A DNA stretch of 64,000 nt, from assembly GCA_950097015.1 (NCBI GenBank), contig CATNEN010000005.1, positions 3,596,001 through 3,660,000 of the forward strand, written 5' to 3'. The stretch comes from Macrostomum hystrix. Taxonomy: Eukaryota; Animalia; Platyhelminthes. The notes below the pieces were generated by a model. That model saw only the letters and a list, made by a program, of their open reading frames with translations, was not told where the DNA came from and did not search any database. Position numbers and translations under genes: made by a program. This document shows positions 47,601 to 62,600 of this stretch, piece by piece; the first letter of the stretch is position 1; the number at the start of each line of letters is the position of its first letter.

Positions 47601-50600
47601 ACAAGGGAAATGGAGACACGGAATAACTGAGACACGGAATAATGAGACAAGGGAAATGGAGACACGGAATAACTGAGACACGGAGTAATGAGACAAGGGA
47701 AATGGAGACACGGAATAGATGAGACACGGAGTAATGAGACAAGGGAAATGGAGACACGGAATAGATGAGACACGGAGTAATGAGACAAGGGAAATGGAGA
47801 CACGGAATAGATGAGACACGGAGAGATGAGACAAGCGAAATGGAGACACGGAATAGATGAGACACGGAGTAATGAGACAAGGGAAATGGAGACACGGAAT
47901 AGATGAGACACGGAGTAATGAGACAAGGGAAATGGAGACACGGAATAACTGAGACACGGAGTAATGAGACAAGGGAAATGGAGACACGGAATAGATGAGA
48001 CACGGAATAATGAGACAAGGGAAATGGAGACACGGAATAACTGAGACACGGAGTAATGAGACAAGGGAAATGGAGACACGGAATAGATGAGACACGGAGT
48101 AATGAGACAAGGGAAATGGAGACACGGAATAGATGAGACACGGAGTAATGAGACAAGGGAAATGGAGACACGGAATAGATGAGACACGGAGTAATGAGAC
48201 AAGGGAAATGGAGACACGGAATAGATGAGACACGGAGTAATGAGACAAGGGAAATGGAGACACGGAATAGATGAGACATGGAGTAATGAGACAAGGGAAA
48301 TGGAGACACGGAATAGATGAGACACGGAGAGATGAGACAAGGGAAATGGAGACACGGAATAACTGAGACACGGAGTAATGAGACAAGGGAAATGGAGACA
48401 CGGAATAGATGAGACACGGAGTAATGAGACAAGGGAAATGGAGACACGGAATAGATGAGACACGGAGTAATGAGACAAGGGAAATGGAGACACGGAATAG
48501 ATGAGACACGGAGTAATGAGACAAGGGAAATGGAGACACGGAATAGATGAGACACGGAGTAATGAGACAAGGGAAATGGAGACACGGAATAGATGAGACA
48601 CGGAGTAATGAGACAAGGGAAATGGAGACACGGAATAGATGAGACACGGAGTAATGAGACAAGGGAAATGGAGACACGGAATAGATGAGACACGGAGTAA
48701 TGAGACAAGGGAAATGGAGACACGGAATAGATGAGACACGGAGTAATGAGACAAGGGAAATGGAGACACGGAATAGATGAGACACGGAGTAATGAGACAA
48801 GGGAAATGGAGACACGGAATAGATGAGACACGGAGTAATGAGACAAGGGAAATGGAGACACGGAATAGATGAGACACGGAGTAATGAGACAAGGGAAATG
48901 GAGACACGGAATAGATGAGACACGGAGTAATGAGACAAGGGAAATGGAGACACGGAATAGATGAGACACGGAGTAATGAGACAAGGGAAATGGAGACACG
49001 GAATAACTGAGACACGGAGTAATGAGACAAGGGAAATGGAGACACGGAATAGATGAGACACGGAGTAATGAGACAAGGGAAATGGAGACACGGAATAACT
49101 GAGACACGGAGTAATGAGACAAGGGAAATGGAGACACGGAATAGATGAGACACGGAGTAATGAGACAAGGGAAATGGAGACACGGAATAGATGAGACACG
49201 GAGTAATGAGACAAGGGAAATGGAGACACGGAATAGATGAGACACGGAGTAATGAGACAAGGGAAATGGAGACACGGAATAGATGAGACACGGAGTAATG
49301 AGACAAGGGAAATGGAGACACGGAATAACTGAGACACGGAATAATGAGACAAGGGAAATGGAGACACGGAATAACTGAGACACGGAGTAATGAGACAAGG
49401 GAAATGGAGACACGGAATAGATGAGACACGGAGTAATGAGACAAGGGAAATGGAGACACGGAATAGATGAGACACGGAGTAATGAGACAAGGGAAATGGA
49501 GACACGGAATAGATGAGACACGGAGAGATGAGACAAGCGAAATGGAGACACGGAATAGATGAGACACGGAGTAATGAGACAAGGGAAATGGAGACACGGA
49601 ATAGATGAGACACGGAGTAATGAGACAAGGGAAATGGAGACACGGAATAACTGAGACACGGAGTAATGAGACAAGGGAAATGGAGACACGGAATAACTGA
49701 GACACGGAATAATGAGACAAGGGAAATGGAGACACGGAATAACTGAGACACGGAGTAATGAGACAAGGGAAATGGAGACACGGAATAGATGAGACACGGA
49801 GTAATGAGACAAGGGAAATGGAGACACGGAATAGATGAGACACGGAGTAATGAGACAAGGGAAATGGAGACACGGAATAGATGAGACACGGAGTAATGAG
49901 ACAAGGGAAATGGAGACACGGAATAGATGAGACATGGAGTAATGAGACAAGGGAAATGGAGACACGGAATAGATGAGACACGGAGTAATGAGACAAGGGA
50001 AATGGAGACACGGAATAGATGAGACACGGAGTAATGAGACAAGGGAAATGGAGACACGGAATAGATGAGACACGGAGTAATGAGACAAGGGAAATGGAGA
50101 CACGGAATAGATGAGACACGGAGTAATGAGACAAGGGAAATGGAGACACGGAATAGATGAGACACGGAGTAATGAGACAAGGGAAATGGAGACACGGAAT
50201 TGATGAGACATGGAGTAATGAGACAAGGGAAATGGAGACACGGAATAGATGAGACACGGAGAGATGAGACAAGGGAAATGGAGACACGGAATAACTGAGA
50301 CACGGAGTAATGAGACAAGGGAAATGGAGACACGGAATAGATGAGACACGGAGTACTGAGACAAGGGAAATGGAGACACGGAATAGATGAGACACGGAGT
50401 AATGAGACAAGGGAAATGGAGACACGGAATAGATGAGACACGGAGTAATGAGACAAGGGAAATGGAGACACGGAATAGATGAGACACGGAGTAATGAGAC
50501 AAGGGAAATGGAGACACGGAATAGATGAGACACGGAGTAATGAGACAAGGGAAATGGAGACACGGAATAGATGAGACACGGAGTAATGAGACAAGGGAAA

Positions 50601-53600
50601 TGGAGACACGGAATAGATGAGACACGGAGTAATGAGACAAGGGAAATGGAGACACGGAATAGATGAGACACGGAGTAATGAGACAAGGGAAATGGAGACA
50701 CGGAATAGATGAGACACGGAGTAATGAGACAAGGGAAATGGAGACACGGAATAGATGAGACACGGAGTAATGAGACAAGGGAAATGGAGACACGGAATAG
50801 ATGAGACACGGAGTAATGAGACAAGGGAAATGGAGACACGGAATAGATGAGACACGGAGTAATGAGACAAGGGAAATGGAGACACGGAATAGATGAGACA
50901 CGGAGTAATGAGACAAGGGAAATGGAGACACGGAATAACTGAGACACGGAGTAATGAGACAAGGGAAATGGAGACACGGAATAGATGAGACACGGAGTAA
51001 TGAGACAAGGGAAATGGAGACACGGAATAACTGAGACACGGAGTAATGAGACAAGGGAAATGGAGACACGGAATAGATGAGACACGGAGTAATGAGACAA
51101 GGGAAATGGAGACACGGAATAGATGAGACACGGAGTAATGAGACAAGGGAAATGGAGACACGGAATAGATGAGACACGGAGTAATGAGACAAGGGAAATG
51201 GAGACACGGAATAGATGAGACACGGAGTAATGAGACAAGGGAAATGGAGACACGGAATAACTGAGACACGGAATAATGAGACAAGGGAAATGGAGACACG
51301 GAATAACTGAGACACGGAGTAATGAGACAAGGGAAATGGAGACACGGAATAGATGAGACACGGAGTAATGAGACAAGGGAAATGGAGACACGGAATAGAT
51401 GAGACACGGAGTAATGAGACAAGGGAAATGGAGACACGGAATAGATGAGACACGGAGAGATGAGACAAGCGAAATGGAGACACGGAATAGATGAGACACG
51501 GAGTAATGAGACAAGGGAAATGGAGACACGGAATAGATGAGACACGGAGTAATGAGACAAGGGAAATGGAGACACGGAATAGACTGAGACACGGAGTAAT
51601 GAGACAAGGGAAATGGAGACACGGAATAACTGAGACACGGAATAATGAGACAAGGGAAATGGAGACACGGAATAACTGAGACACGGAGTAATGAGACAAG
51701 GGAAATGGAGACACGGAATAGATGAGACACGGAGTAATGAGACAAGGGAAATGGAGACACGGAATAGATGAGACACGGAGTAATGAGACAAGGGAAATGG
51801 AGACACGGAATAGATGAGACACGGAGTAATGAGACAAGGGAAATGGAGACACGGAATAGATGAGACACGGAGTAATGAGACAAGGGAAATGGAGACACGG
51901 AATAGACTGAGACACGGAGTAATGAGACAAGGGAAATGGAGACACGGAATAACTGAGACACGGAATAATGAGACAAGGGAAATGGAGACACGGAATAGAC
52001 TGAGACACGGAGTAATGAGACAAGGGAAATGGAGACACGGAATAGATGAGACACGGAGTAATGAGACAAGGGAAATGGAGACACGGAATAGATGAGACAC
52101 GGAGTAATGAGACAAGGGAAATGGAGACACGGAATAGATGAGACACGGAGTAATGAGACAAGGGAAATGGAGACACGGAATAGATGAGACACGGAGTAAT
52201 GAGACAAGGGAAATGGAGACACGGAATAGATGAGACACGGAGTAATGAGACAAGGGAAATGGAGACACGGAATAGATGAGACACGGAGTAATGAGACAAG
52301 GGAAATGGAGACACGGAATAGATGAGACACGGAGTAATGAGACAAGGGAAATGGAGACACGGAATAGATGAGACACGGAGTAATGAGACAAGGGAAATGG
52401 AGACACGGAATAGATGAGACACGGAGTAATGAGACAAGGGAAATGGAGACACGGAATAGATGAGACACGGAGTAATGAGACAAGGGAAATGGAGACACGG
52501 AATAGATGAGACACGGAGTAATGAGACAAGGGAAATGGAGACACGGAATAGATGAGACACGGAGTAATGAGACAAGGGAAATGGAGACACGGAATAGATG
52601 AGACACGGAGTAATGAGACAAGGGAAATGGAGACACGGAATAGATGAGACACGGAGTAATGAGACAAGGGAAATGGAGACACGGAATAGATGAGACACGG
52701 AGTAATGAGACAAGGGAAATGGAGACACGGAATAGATGAGACACGGAGTAATGAGACAAGGGAAATGGAGACACGGAATAGATGAGACACGGAGTAATGA
52801 GACAAGGGAAATGGAGACACGGAATAGATGAGACACGGAGTAATGAGACAAGGGAAATGGAGACACGGAATAGATGAGACACGGAGTAATGAGACAAGGG
52901 AAATGGAGACACGGAATAGATGAGACACGGAGTAATGAGACAAGGGAAATGGAGACACGGAATAGATGAGACACGGAGTAATGAGACAAGGGAAATGGAG
53001 ACACGGAATAGATGAGACACGGAGTAATGAGACAAGGGAAATGGAGACACGGAATAGATGAGACACGGAGTAATGAGACAAGGGAAATGGAGACACGGAA
53101 TAGATGAGACACGGAGTAATGAGACAAGGGAAATGGAGACACGGAATAGATGAGACACGGAGTAATGAGACAAGGGAAATGGAGACACGGAATAGATGAG
53201 ACACGGAGTAATGAGACAAGGGAAATGGAGACACGGAATAGATGAGACACGGAGTAATGAGACAAGGGAAATGGAGACACGGAATAGATGAGACACGGAG
53301 TAATGAGACAAGGGAAATGGAGACACGGAATAGATGAGACACGGAGTAATGAGACAAGGGAAATGGAGACACGGAATAGATGAGACACGGAGTAATGAGA
53401 CAAGGGAAATGGAGACACGGAATAACTGAGACACGGAGTAATGAGACAAGGGAAATGGAGACACGGAATAGATGAGACACGGAGTAATGAGACAAGGGAA
53501 ATGGAGACACGGAATAGATGAGACACGGAGTAATGAGACAAGGGAAATGGAGACACGGAATAACTGAGACACGGAATAATGAGACAAGGGAAATGGAGAC

Positions 53601-56600
53601 ACGGAATAGATGAGACACGGAGTAATGAGACAAGGGAAATGGAGACACGGAATAACTGAGACACGGAGTAATGAGACAAGGGAAATGGAGACACGGAATA
53701 GATGAGACACGGAGTAATGAGACAAGGGAAATGGAGACACGGAATAGATGAGACACGGAGAGATGAGACAAGCGAAATGGAGACACGGAATAGATGAGAC
53801 ACGGAGTAATGAGACAAGGGAAATGGAGACACGGAATAGATGAGACACGGAGTAATGAGACAAGGGAAATGGAGACACGGAATAACTGAGACACGGAGTA
53901 ATGAGACAAGGGAAATGGAGACACGGAATAACTGAGACACGGAATAATGAGACAAGGGAAATGGAGACACGGAATAACTGAGACACGGAGTAATGAGACA
54001 AGGGAAATGGAGACACGGAATAGATGAGACACGGAGTAATGAGACAAGGGAAATGGAGACACGGAATAGATGAGACACGGAGTAATGAGACAAGGGAAAT
54101 GGAGACACGGAATAGATGAGACACGGAGTAATGAGACAAGGGAAATGGAGACACGGAATAGATGAGACACGGAGTAATGAGACAAGGGAAATGGAGACAC
54201 GGAATAACTGAGACACGGAGTAATGAGACAAGGGAAATGGAGACACGGAATAGATGAGACACGGAGTAATGAGACAAGGGAAATGGAGACACGGAATAGA
54301 TGAGACACGGAGTAATGAGACAAGGGAAATGGAGACACGGAATAGATGAGACACGGAGTAATGAGACAAGGGAAATGGAGACACGGAATAGATGAGACAC
54401 GGAGAGATGAGACAAGGGAAATGGAGACACGGAATAGATGAGACACGGAGTAATGAGACAAGGGAAATGGAGACACGGAATAGATGAGACACGGAGTAAT
54501 GAGACAAGGGAAATGGAGACACGGAATAGATGAGACACGGAGTAATGAGACAAGGGAAATGGAGACACGGAATAGATGAGACACGGAGTAATGAGACAAG
54601 GGAAATGGAGACACGGAATAACTGAGACACGGAGTAATGAGACAAGGGAAATGGAGACACGGAATAGATGAGACACGGAGTAATGAGACAAGGGAAATGG
54701 AGACACGGAATAGATGAGACACGGAGTAATGAGACAAGGGAAATGGAGACACGGAATAACTGAGACACGGAATAATGAGACAAGGGAAATGGAGACACGG
54801 AATAACTGAGACACGGAGTAATGAGACAAGGGAAATGGAGACACGGAATAGATGAGACACGGAGTAATGAGACAAGGGAAATGGAGACACGGAATAGATG
54901 AGACACGGAGTAATGAGACAAGGGAAATGGAGACACGGAATAGATGAGACACGGAGTAATGAGACAAGGGAAATGGAGACACGGAATAACTGAGACACGG
55001 AATAATGAGACAAGGGAAATGGAGACACGGAATAACTGAGACACGGAGTAATGAGACAAGGGAAATGGAGACACGGAATAGATGAGACACGGAGTAATGA
55101 GACAAGGGAAATGGAGACACGGAATAGATGAGACACGGAGTAATGAGACAAGGGAAATGGAGACACGGAATAGATGAGACACGGAGTAATGAGACAAGGG
55201 AAATGGAGACACGGAATAGATGAGACACGGAATAATGAGACAAGGGAAATGGAGACACGGAATAACTGAGACACGGAATAATGAGACAAGGGAAATGGAG
55301 ACACGGAATAACTGAGACACGGAGTAATGAGACAAGGGAAATGGAGACACGGAATAGATGAGACACGGAGAGATGAGACACGGGAAATGGAGACACGGAA
55401 TAGATGAGACACGGAGTAATGAGACAAGGGAAATGGAGACACGGAATAGATGAGACACGGAGTAATGAGACAAGGGAAATGGAGACACGGAATGGATGAG
55501 ACACGGAGTAATGAGACAAGGGAAATGGAGACACGGAATAGATGAGACACGGAGTAATGAGACAAGGGAAATGGAGACACGGAATAGATGAGACACGGAG
55601 TAATGAGACAAGGGAAATGGAGACACGGAATAGATGAGACACGGAGTAATGAGACAAGGGAAATGGAGACACGGAATAACTGAGACACGGAATAATGAGA
55701 CAAGGGAAATGGAGACACGGAATAGATGAGACACGGAGTAATGAGACAAGGGAAATGGAGACACGGAATAGATGAGACACGGAGAGATGAGACAAGGGAA
55801 ATGGAGACACGGAATAACTGAGACACGGAGTAATGAGACAAGGGAAATGGAGACACGGAATAGATGAGACACGGAGAGATGAGACAAGCGAAATGGAGAC
55901 ACGGAATAGATGAGACACGGAGTAATGAGACAAGGGAAATGGAGACACGGAATAGATGAGACACGGAGTAATGAGACAAGGGAAATGGAGACACGGAATA
56001 GATGAGACACGGAGTAATGAGACAAGGGAAATGGAGACACGGAATAACTGAGACACGGAGTAATGAGACAAGGGAAATGGAGACACGGAATAGATGAGAC
56101 ACGGAGTAATGAGACAAGGGAAATGGAGACACGGAATAGATGAGACACGGAGAGATGAGACAAGCGAAATGGAGACACGGAATAGATGAGACACGGAGTA
56201 ATGAGACAAGGGAAATGGAGACACGGAATAGATGAGACACGGAGTAATGAGACAAGGGAAATGGAGACACGGAATAGATGAGACACGGAGTAATGAGACA
56301 AGGGAAATGGAGACACGGAATAGATGAGACACGGAGTAATGAGACAAGGGAAATGGAGACACGGAATAGATGAGACACGGAGTAATGAGACAAGGGAAAT
56401 GGAGACACGGAATAGATGAGACACGGAGTAATGAGACAAGGGAAATGGAGACACGGAATAGATGAGACACGGAGAGATGAGACAAGGGAAATGGAGACAC
56501 GGAATAGATGAGACACGGAGTAATGAGACAAGGGAAATGGAGACACGGAATAGATGAGACACGGAGTAATGAGACAAGGGAAATGGAGACACGGAATAGA

Positions 56601-59600
56601 TGAGACACGGAGTAATGAGACAAGGGAAATGGAGACACGGAATAGATGAGACACGGAGTAATGAGACAAGGGAAATGGAGACACGGAATAACTGAGACAC
56701 CGAGTAATGAGACAAGGGAAATGGAGACACGGAATAGATGAGACACGGAGTAATGAGACAAGGGAAATGGAGACACGGAATAGATGAGACACGGAGTAAT
56801 GAGACAAGGGAAATGGAGACACGGAATAACTGAGACACGGAATAATGAGACAAGGGAAATGGAGACACGGAATAACTGAGACACGGAGTAATGAGACAAG
56901 GGAAATGGAGACACGGAATAGATGAGACACGGAGTAATGAGACAAGGGAAATGGAGACACGGAATAGATGAGACACGGAGTAATGAGACAAGGGAAATGG
57001 AGACACGGAATAGATGAGACACGGAGTAATGAGACAAGGGAAATGGAGACACGGAATAACTGAGACACGGAATAATGAGACAAGGGAAATGGAGACACGG
57101 AATAACTGAGACACGGAGTAATGAGACAAGGGAAATGGAGACACGGAATAGATGAGACACGGAGTAATGAGACAAGGGAAATGGAGACACGGAATAGATG
57201 AGACACGGAGTAATGAGACAAGGGAAATGGAGACACGGAATAGATGAGACACGGAGTAATGAGACAAGGGAAATGGAGACACGGAATAGATGAGACACGG
57301 AATAATGAGACAAGGGAAATGGAGACACGGAATAACTGAGACACGGAATAATGAGACAAGGGAAATGGAGACACGGAATAACTGAGACACGGAGTAATGA
57401 GACAAGGGAAATGGAGACACGGAATAGATGAGACACGGAGAGATGAGACACGGGAAATGGAGACACGGAATAGATGAGACACGGAGTAATGAGACAAGGG
57501 AAATGGAGACACGGAATAGATGAGACACGGAGTAATGAGACAAGGGAAATGGAGACACGGAATGGATGAGACACGGAGTAATGAGACAAGGGAAATGGAG
57601 ACACGGAATAGATGAGACACGGAGTAATGAGACAAGGGAAATGGAGACACGGAATAGATGAGACACGGAGTAATGAGACAAGGGAAATGGAGACACGGAA
57701 TAACTGAGACACGGAATAATGAGACAAGGGAAATGGAGACACGGAATAGATGAGACACGGAGTAATGAGACAAGGGAAATGGAGACACGGAATAGATGAG
57801 ACACGGAGAGATGAGACAAGGGAAATGGAGACACGGAATAACTGAGACACGGAGTAATGAGACAAGGGAAATGGAGACACGGAATAGATGAGACACGGAG
57901 TAATGAGACAAGGGAAATGGAGACACGGAATGGATGAGACACGGAGTAATGAGACAAGGGAAATGGAGACACGGAATAGATGAGACACGGAGTAATGAGA
58001 CAAGGGAAATGGAGACACGGAATAGATGAGACACGGAGTAATGAGACAAGGGAAATGGAGACACGGAATAACTGAGACACGGAATAATGAGACAAGGGAA
58101 ATGGAGACACGGAATAGATGAGACACGGAGTAATGAGACAAGGGAAATGGAGACACGGAATAGATGAGACACGGAGAGATGAGACAAGGGAAATGGAGAC
58201 ACGGAATAACTGAGACACGGAGTAATGAGACAAGGGAAATGGAGACACGGAATAGATGAGACACGGAGAGATGAGACAAGCGAAATGGAGACACGGAATA
58301 GATGAGACACGGAGTAATGAGACAAGGGAAATGGAGACACGGAATAGATGAGACACGGAGTAATGAGACAAGGGAAATGGAGACACGGAATAGATGAGAC
58401 ACGGAGTAATGAGACAAGGGAAATGGAGACACGGAATAACTGAGACACGGAGTAATGAGACAAGGGAAATGGAGACACGGAATAGATGAGACACGGAGTA
58501 ATGAGACAAGGGAAATGGAGACACGGAATAGATGAGACAAGGAGAGATGAGAAAAGCGAAATGGAGACACGGAATAGATGAGACACGGAGTAATGAGACA
58601 AGGGAAATGGAGACACGGAATAGATGAGACACGGAGTAATGAGACAAGGGAAATGGAGACACGGAATAGATGAGACACGGAGTAATGAGACAAGGGAAAT
58701 GGAGACACGGAATAGATGAGACACGGAGTAATGAGACAAGGGAAATGGAGACACGGAATAGATGAGACACGGAGTAATGAGACAAGGGAAATGGAGACAC
58801 GGAATAGATGAGACACGGAGAGATGAGACAAGCGAAATGGAGACACGGAATAGATGAGACACGGAGTAATGAGACAAGGGAAATGGAGACACGGAATAGA
58901 TGAGACACGGAGTAATGAGACAAGGGAAATGGAGACACGGAATAGATGAGACACGGAGTAATGAGACAAGGGAAATGGAGACACGGAATAGATGAGACAC
59001 GGAGAGATGAGACAAGCGAAATGGAGACACGGAATAGATGAGACACGGAGTAATGAGACAAGGGAAATGGAGACACGGAATAGATGAGACACGGAGTAAT
59101 GAGACAAGGGAAATGGAGACACGGAATAGATGAGACACGGAGTAATGAGACAAGGGAAATGGAGACACGGAATAGATGAGACACGGAGTAGATGAGACAA
59201 GCGAAATGGAGACACGGAATAGATGAGACACGGAGTAATGAGACAAGGGAAATGGAGACACGGAATAGATGAGACACGGAGTAATGAGACAAGGGAAATG
59301 GAGACACGGAATAGATGAGACACGGAGAGATGAGACAAGCGAAATGGAGACACGGAATAGATGAGACACGGAATAATGAGACAAGGGAAATGGAGACACG
59401 GAATAGATGAGACACGGAGTAATGAGACAAGGGAAATGGAGACACGGAATAGATGAGACACGGAGTAATGAGACAAGGGAAATGGAGACACGGAATAGAT
59501 GAGACACGGAGAGATGAGACAAGCGAAATGGAGACACGGAATAGATGAGACACGGAGTAATGAGACAAGGGAAATGGAGACACGGAATAGATGAGACACG

Positions 59601-62600
59601 GAGTAATGAGACAAGGGAAATGGAGACACGGAATAGATGAGACACGGAGAGATGAGACAAGCGAAATGGAGACACGGAATAGATGAGACACGGAGTAATG
59701 AGACAAGGGAAATGGAGACACGGAATAGATGAGACACGGAGTAATGAGACAAGGGAAATGGAGACACGGAATAGATGAGACACGGAGTAATGAGACAAGG
59801 GAAATGGAGACACGGAATAGATGAGACACGGAGTAATGAGACAAGGGAAATGGAGACACGGAATAGATGAGACACGGAGTAATGAGACAAGGGAAATGGA
59901 GACACGGAATAACTGAGACACGGAATAATGAGACAAGGGAAATGGAGACACGGAATAGATGAGACACGGAGTAATGAGACAAGGGAAATGGAGACACGGA
60001 ATAGATGAGACACGGAGTAATGAGACAAGGGAAATGGAGACACGGAATAGATGAGACACGGAGTAATGAGACAAGGGAAATGGAGACACGGAATAGATGA
60101 GACACGGAGTAATGAGACAAGGGAAATGGAGACACGGAATAGATGAGACACGGAGTAATGAGACAAGGGAAATGGAGACACGGAATAACTGAGACACGGA
60201 AGTAATGAGACAAGGGAAATGGAGACACGGAATAACTGAGACACGGAGTAATGAGACAAGGGAAATGGAGACACGGAATAGATGAGACACGGAGTAATGA
60301 GACAAGGGAAATGGAGACACGGAATAGATGAGACACGGAGTAATGAGACAAGGGAAATGGAGACACGGAATAGATGAGACACGGAGTAATGAGACAATGG
60401 AAATGGAGACACGGAATAGATGACACACGGAGTAATGAGACAAGGGAAATGGAGACACGGAATAGATGAGACACGGAGTAATGAGACAAGGGAAATGGAG
60501 ACACGGAATAGATGAGACACGGAGTAATGAGACAAGGGAAATGGAGACACGGAATAACTGAGACACGGAATAATGAGACAAGGGAAATGGAGACACGGAA
60601 TAACTGAGACACGGAGTAATGAGACAAGGGAAATGGAGACACGGAATAGATGAGACACGGAGTAATGAGACAAGGGAAATGGAGACACGGAATAGATGAG
60701 ACACGGAGTAATGAGACAAGGGAAATGGAGACACGGAATAGATGAGACACGGAGTAATGAGACAAGGGAAATGGAGACACGGAATAGACTGAGACACGGA
60801 GTAATGAGACAAGGGAAATGGAGACACGGAATAGATGAGACACGGAGTAATGAGACAAGGGAAATGGAGACACGGAATAACTGAGACACGGAGTAATGAG
60901 ACAAGGGAAATGGAGACACGGAATAGATGAGACACGGAGTAATGAGACAAGGGAAATGGAGACACGGAATAGATGAGACACGGAGTAATGAGACAAGGGA
61001 AATGGAGACACGGAATAGATGAGACACGGAGTAATGAGACAAGGGAAATGGAGACACGGAATAGATGAGACACGGAATAATGAGACAAGGGAAATGGAGA
61101 CACGGAATAACTGAGACACGGAATAATGAGACAAGGGAAATGGAGACACGGAATAGATGAGACACGGAGTAATGAGACAAGGGAAATGGAGACACGGAAT
61201 AGATGAGACACGGAGAGATGAGACACGGGAAATGGAGACACGGAATAGATGAGACACGGAGTAATGAGACAAGGGAAATGGAGAGACGGAATAGATGAGA
61301 CACGGAGTAATGAGACAAGGGAAATGGAGACACGGAATAACTGAGACACGGAGTAATGAGACAAGGGAAATGGAGACACGGAATAGATGAGACACGGAGT
61401 AATGAGACAAGGGAAATGGAGACACGGAATAGATGAGACACGGAGTAATGAGACAAGGGAAATGGAGACACGGAATAGATGAGACACGGAGTAATGAGAC
61501 AAGGGAAATGGAGACACGGAATAGACTGAGACACGGAATAATGAGACAAGGGAAATGGAGACACGGAATAACTGAGACACGGAGTAATGAGACAAGGGAA
61601 ATGGAGACACGGAATAGATGAGACACGGAGTAATGAGACAAGGGAAATGGAGACACGGAATAACTGAGACACGGAGTAATGAGACAAGGGAAATGGAGAC
61701 ACGGAATAGATGAGACACGGAGTAATGAGACAAGGGAAATGGAGACACGGAATAGATGAGACACGGAGTAATGAGACAAGGGAAATGGAGACACGGAATA
61801 GATGAGACACTGAGTAATGAGACAAGGGAAATGGAGACACGGAATAGATGAGACACTGAGTAATGAGACAAGGGAAATGGAGACACGGAATAGATGAGAC
61901 ACGGAGTAATGAGACAAGGGAAATGGAGACACGGAATAACTGAGACACGGAGAGATGAGACAAGCGAAATGGAGACACGGAATAGATGAGACACGGAGTA
62001 ATGAGACAAGGGAAATGGAGACACGGAATAGATGAGACACGGAGTAATGAGACAAGGGAAATGGAGACACGGAATAGATGAGACACGGAGTAATGAGACA
62101 AGGGAAATGGAGACACGGAATAGATGAGACACGGAATAATGAGACAAGGGAAATGGAGACACGGAATAACTGAGACACGGAATAATGAGACAAGGGAAAT
62201 GGAGACACGGAATAGATGAGACACGGAGTAATGAGACAAGGGAAATGGAGACACGGAATAGATGAGACACGGAGTAGATGAGACAAGGGAAATGGAGACA
62301 CGGAATAGATGAGACACGGAGTAATGAGACAAGGGAAATGGAGAGACGGAATAGATGAGACACGGAGTAATGAGACAAGGGAAATGGAGACACGGAATAA
62401 CTGAGACACGGAGTAATGAGACAAGGGAAATGGAGACACGGAATAGATGAGACACGGAGTAATGAGACAAGGGAAATGGAGACACGGAATAGATGAGACA
62501 CGGAGTAATGAGACAAGGGAAATGGAGACACGGAATAGATGAGACACGGAGTAAGTGAGACAAGGGAAATGGAGACACGGAATAGATGAGACACGGAGTA